From the NCBI RefSeq assembly GCF_009914755.1, contig NC_060936.1: DNA of 64,000 nucleotides, one strand, 5' to 3'. The DNA comes from the human T2T-CHM13v2.0 reference genome, Homo sapiens. This document shows, piece after piece, positions 58,801 to 64,000 of this stretch; position 1 is the first letter of the stretch, and each line of letters begins with the position of its first letter. The notes beneath the pieces are model-generated. The model was given only the letters and a program-made list of their open reading frames with translations. It ran no database searches and was not told where the DNA came from. Position numbers and translations under genes: made by a program.

Positions 58801-61800
58801 GGCAGGGAGAGATGGCCTCAGAGCCTGTGGTTCCTTTACCGTGGATGGCTTTTCACGTGTGGGGCTGGATTGCTGAGAACATCTTTTACCTGGCGGATCC
58901 CTGAATAGGTGAGGTGGACTCGGGTCTGGAAAGTTAATTTACATCTTTTCTGAAGGCCAGGGAAGGGCAGGGGCAGCCTGACCTGTCAGGGCGATACAGT
59001 CTGTAGCTGTTTGGCCAGAGTGAGAGGAGTGTCTGATGGAACAGGACTTGCCTTGGAACTGAGCAAACTGGCCCCGTAGAGATTAAGCCTTGGACCTTTG
59101 TTCGCCTGAGTCCCCCACCCCAGCCAGCTCACAGATAGGAGGCTGGAGAAGGGAGTGGGGTGGATCACACGCCATCCCCACATGCTCTCTGTGGGCCTGT
59201 TCTCTCCACGTGCGAGGAGGGATGAGCATTCTGCAGGGAGTCCGTCAAGATGAGTCCATGGTGGAAAAGCTCACAGACGGGGAGGTGGGGACTCCACAGG
59301 GTTCCGCCATTTCCTGGGAAGGGAACCTTAGGAATGTCACTTAAACTCTTTGAGCCTTCTTTCTCTTCTTTCCTCCCTCCCTTCTTCGTTTTCTCCCTCT
59401 CTTCCTTTTCCCCACAAATATTTTCTGAGTGCCCATCAGGAGTTGTAAATGCTGGAAATGCAGTGAAGAATAGCATAGACAAGGCTGGTGCTATGGCAGG
59501 AAGAGAGGGAAAAATGAAGCAAACAGCTAAGTCAGTCAGACTTTCAAATACGGGTAAGTGCTTTCAAGAAACTAGGATAACAGGTGGAGAGGGGCATGCG
59601 ACTATCTCAGATAGCAGAGGAGAGGAAGGCCTCCCCGAGGGAATTCCACTTGGGCTGTGACCCTGTGATAAAGAGCCACTCATGATAGGTCTGGGAGGAC
59701 GGCCACTATGCACAGAGGCAGCAGCACATGCCATGGCCCTGAGGAGGGAAGACCAGTATGCAGATGACCACAGGGCCCTATGGGAGGACAGAGACCAGTC
59801 TCTGAACCGAGCTGTGGGAGAGCGTGAATGCAGGGTTGTTCCTGCTTTGGACCGTGGACAATAAATAAACTCCTATTGTGCCTAGAAACCGCCTCAGTGT
59901 TGGGGTGTGTTTGCTGCAGCAGCTAGTGCCACCCTAACGACTGCAGTCTAATCATTGTGTGTGGCAGTACACACAGGACCTGAAGCAACCAGGAGCTTGA
60001 GCGCAGGGAAGTAAAGCTCATTATCACCTCAGCAACAGGGGCCCTGGGAGAACCAAAGGCCTGCTCCTCTCTGCCGCTGGCTGTTTCTGCTAGTCTGAGC
60101 CAGAGGCTCTATCCTGCTGTAATGTCAGTTTAAAAGGCAGCCTTTCCAGACTCTTGTCACATCACCAGGAGCTCTTGGTCCTCTAATTAAGTAGTAATGT
60201 GCTTGTCCAATAAGTGCCATATGGTTGCAATGAATCAAACCCAAATTATCTTAGCTCTAAAAATTAATATTACTAATTATGATAATCTCACAATTTTATG
60301 TCTGCTTTTCTTCTGAAGAGCTCAAAATGCAAGTATTAAAATAATATGTCCAAATATCCTACATTAGGAAGAAAGGAGGACCCACGGAGAAGTTGGGAAG
60401 ATGGCATCCAACGTTAAGATAAGGCTCCCGTCTTTCTCTTGTCTTTATCTCTGACTTCATAAAGATAGCTAGTCTTTCCTGGCAATAAGCCAGAATAGTG
60501 ATAGGATTAGGGAAACGGGATTATCTTAACGTCACAGAAAGGAGATGAGGCACAAATAAGGGAATGAAGCTAATTAGATACTGCAAAATGCCAAGATTGG
60601 AGAAAACTGGAATAGACTTACCCTGATGGACCTTGTCTGTGGAGAACGGATATAGGGTGGGTCCAGGGAGACTGGCCAGCCTTGGCTGGGGCCTCATGGG
60701 ACCAGAAGTGGCAGTGGACAGCAGAGTTGGTGAGGAGCTGGGAGGGGGATTCACCAGGAAGGACTGAGTTCTGAATGGCAGGGACGTTTGCAGACAGGAG
60801 ACTGGCGTCTGTCCAGGAGAGAGCAGGGCTTACTGTGAGCGAGGGAAGCAGTGGGATGAGTGTGTCCGGCGGTGTCTCTTACTTAAGAGTGACAAAGGAA
60901 GAGTGCAGGAGTTTCCGTGTTTGGCCCTAACCCAGGTCCACTTCACTGCCCTGAGAGATGTAGTGGGATGATGGAGGGGACTGGGGGCAGAGTGGATATT
61001 TAAGTCTGAGGGGAGAAGTTAGGAAAGGGTTGTGGGTCACAGAATTAGAGAGTTACCAAGGAAACTGCAGAGACCATTACTTAGTCAGTTCTCCATTTCC
61101 AGGAAGGTTTGTCACCATAGGAAAGAAATTCATTAACCTTTTATTCAACGGGTATTAATTGGCTATCATGTGCTTTTCTTACCCCACAAGAGCTTATGAT
61201 GGAAGGTGATCATACAATTTATCATCCAAATTGGGATACATTTGAGAAGGAAAGGCGGCAGATTATGTGGGAACAAAGACTGGCCCATGCCAGCTGGGAC
61301 ATGTGGTCACCTTACTTATGATCTATGAGATGTATAATCACCCCATTTGTTGATACCAGGTGCAGTGAGATGCATGCTCTATGTGCAGTGTGTGTTTTCA
61401 CCCTGTATCCCCATCTTCTGCTGGGAGCGGGACTCCCTTTCTCCCCGCCTGAGCCTGTTCTCCTCAGTAGCAGGATCCAGCTCAAGCCCTACCCCCACCT
61501 GCTCCACCACAACTGCCCCACTGCCACCACCACTAGGCTTGCTCCTTAACCTTTCTGTGCCTCAGTTCCCTGATCAGTAAAACGGGGCTAACTATAGTAC
61601 CTACTACTAGAACTGTGCCTGACTCAAAGTAGGCACCAGATGTGTCCTGCTATGATGATGGGGAGCCCTGTGATTTGGTAACTTCCCCAATCTCTCTGCA
61701 CTTTTGTTTCCTCATGTGGGAATCAGGGACAATATTACCTACCTTTTAAGGGCCTGGAATTTAAGAAAAATTAGCCCCCTTCCCCCTTAGAATCAGCAGC

Positions 61801-62219
61801 AGACATCAAAGGGCGAGTTTTAATACTTCCCACACAAGTTCACAGATTTATTACATAATATGTTTAGTTGTGGTTAAAGAACATCTAAGGGGCGAAGGAG
61901 CTGCCCAAGGGGAAGGAGGCAGACGAGAGGGACATGTGTGGCTTTGCATGGAAAAGGGAAGTGGTATCCCAGATAAATGGTGGCCAGCCTTCGAGGGCTC
62001 TCAGGCAAGAGAGAAAACTCTAGACATCACCAGTGCCTGGGCTTTGTTGCAGGCAGAGGTGCTTTCTCTAGAAGGGAAAGCAAGTCCCTATAGTCATAAA
62101 ATGAGCAGCTCTTCAGCTGCTAGTACTTGACCTCCAACCAGAATTGATGGGGTGCTCAGAACTATTCTAGGTACTTTGAATTTTTTTAACCTCATTAAGT
62201 TCATCTATAAGACAGGTAG

Positions 62220-63650
62220 TTTTTATATTTTAAAATGATTTTATAACAGAAAATTTCAAATGTAATCAAAGAGACATAGATAATGAGTTCCCGTGCTCCA
62301 GCTTCAACAGTTATAAACAGTTGCTGATTTGGTTTTATCTATTTCCCTCAAGATTTTTTTTTCTTTTCTGGGATGTTTGGAAGCAAATTCCAGCAATTAT
62401 ATAATTTCACCTGTAAGTACAGTTTACCCTTGAACAACATGGGGGTTAGAGATGCTGACCCTTGGATGGTCAAAAATCTGCACATAAATTTTGACTCCCG
62501 CAAAGCCTAACTACTAACAATCTACTGTTTACCTGAAGCCTGACTGATAACATAAACAGTCGATGAACACATATTTTGTATGTTGTATGTATTATTTAGT
62601 GTATTCTTACAATAAAGTAGGCTAGAGAAAAGCAAATGTCATTAAGAAAATCCTAAGGAAGGTAAAATATATTTACTATTCATTAAGTGGAAGTGAACCA
62701 TTGTAAAGGTCTTCATCCTCCTTGTCTTCACATTGAGCAGACTGAGGAAGAGAAGTAGGAAGAGGAGGAGGAGGAGGGCGGCTAGGTCTTGCCATCTCGG
62801 GTGGCAGAGGCAGAAGAAAATCCACATGTAAGTGACCCACGCTGTTCAAACCTGTGTTGTTCAAGGTCAGCTGTACTTTGGCATGCATCTCTAACAGACA
62901 AGATTTAAAAAAATATATATCACCAAATGCCTCTATCACTCCAGACAACAATAACAGTAAAACGCAAGAGATCCTTAACATCATCTAATATTCAGTTCAT
63001 ATGTAAATTTCCCTTATTATGTCGAAATATCTTTGCCGGTTGGTTTGAATCAGGATTCTAATAAAGTCTACACATTACATTTGCTTGTAGGTTTGTAAAT
63101 CTCTTTTTATCTATGATTGTTCCCCCTCCCATTTTGCATGTCATTTGTTTGTTGAAGAAACTAGGTCAGTTGTCCTGCAGAATGTCCCTCATTTTGATTT
63201 GGTTGGCTGCTTCCTTATTGTCCCTTAATTTATTCCTTCATCCTCCATGTTTTCTGTGACCTCGGAGTTAGATTCAGGTTCCGTTTGTTTTGAAGGGAGG
63301 GTCAAGGATGTGCCAGCTGTGGTTATGCCCCTTCCTGTTGTGACACTGAGATGGGTGGGTGGGCTCCGGGATTGGCAGCCTCATCCTTCATCTATTACTG
63401 AGGCCCCATCAGCCTTTCCCCTGATGGTTTTCACATCCATTGACGATTGTTGCCCAGATCCATTATTTCATTAGGGCTTGAAATGCTCATTTTCTGATTC
63501 TGTCATTCCTTTTGCGTTGAGTAGCTGGAATTCTTCTATAAAGAAGAACGCTCTCTCATCAACAGTTTGGTTACCCTGAAATACCATGTGGCAGAAAAAG
63601 CAGGACAGGTGCTTTCTCATCACTTACCGGCTTTCAAAGTAATGAGTTGG
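62220..63650 (-). mobile_element. L1ME/L1MC 3' fragment interrupted by Tigger2a
   Basis: gtttgaatcaggattctaataaagtctacacatt and ttgaagaaactaggtcagttgtcctg; boundaries approximate. Confidence 0.6.
62420..62873. mobile_element. Tigger2a (MER28-type) TcMar element
   Basis: TIRs cagtttacccttgaacaaca and tgttgttcaaggtcagctg, each flanked by TA. Confidence 0.85.
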
Positions 63651-64000
63651 TCCCTTGCAAAGGAGGATAGGTCTTTAATTAATTGATTAAACAAGTATTT
63701 ATTGAGTTCCTGCTATATGCTGGGTATCGTTCTAACATCCTGATGGTTCAGCAGTGAACAAAACAGATAAAAATCCCTGCATTCTTGGAATTTACATTCC
63801 AATGGGGGAAGATGGATAGTGAACAAATTGGTGTGCTATATATTTAGTTCAGGGATGATACAGGCTATGGAGGAAAGCAAAGCAGGACAGGGACATGAGG
63901 ATGCTAGAGGGGTGGGATGCTAGAGGATGCTAGGAATTTGGGTTTGCAATCTTGAATAGGGTAAGCAGGCTCAGGAGGTGACATTTAAGCAAACTCTTGA

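Overview
Human (or very close hominid) genomic DNA inside CACNA1C (Cav1.2 alpha-1C) on the + strand. It covers the end of intron 1, exon 2 (3023-3344), a minor-spliceosome (U12-type) intron with non-canonical AT-AG ends (3345-8123), exon 3 (8124-8229) and the first ~56 kb of the long intron 3. Intron 3 holds a full-length antisense L1PA2-like LINE-1 (17996-24121) with a 12-bp TSD. This L1 has an intact 1275-aa ORF2, an ORF1 broken by two CGA>TGA stops, an intact ORF0 in the antisense-promoter region pointing along CACNA1C, and a ~79-bp 3' transduction with a second poly(A) tail. A heavily decayed RPS12 processed pseudogene (44277-44673, minus strand) sits inside a HAL1/L1M relic. The rest is Alus (including close inverted pairs), MIR, L2, MaLR LTRs, Tigger/MER5 DNA transposons and microsatellites. 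Apart from the two exons and the L1 ORFs, the ORF track looks spurious. Repeat subfamily calls are by-eye recognition, not RepeatMasker output.
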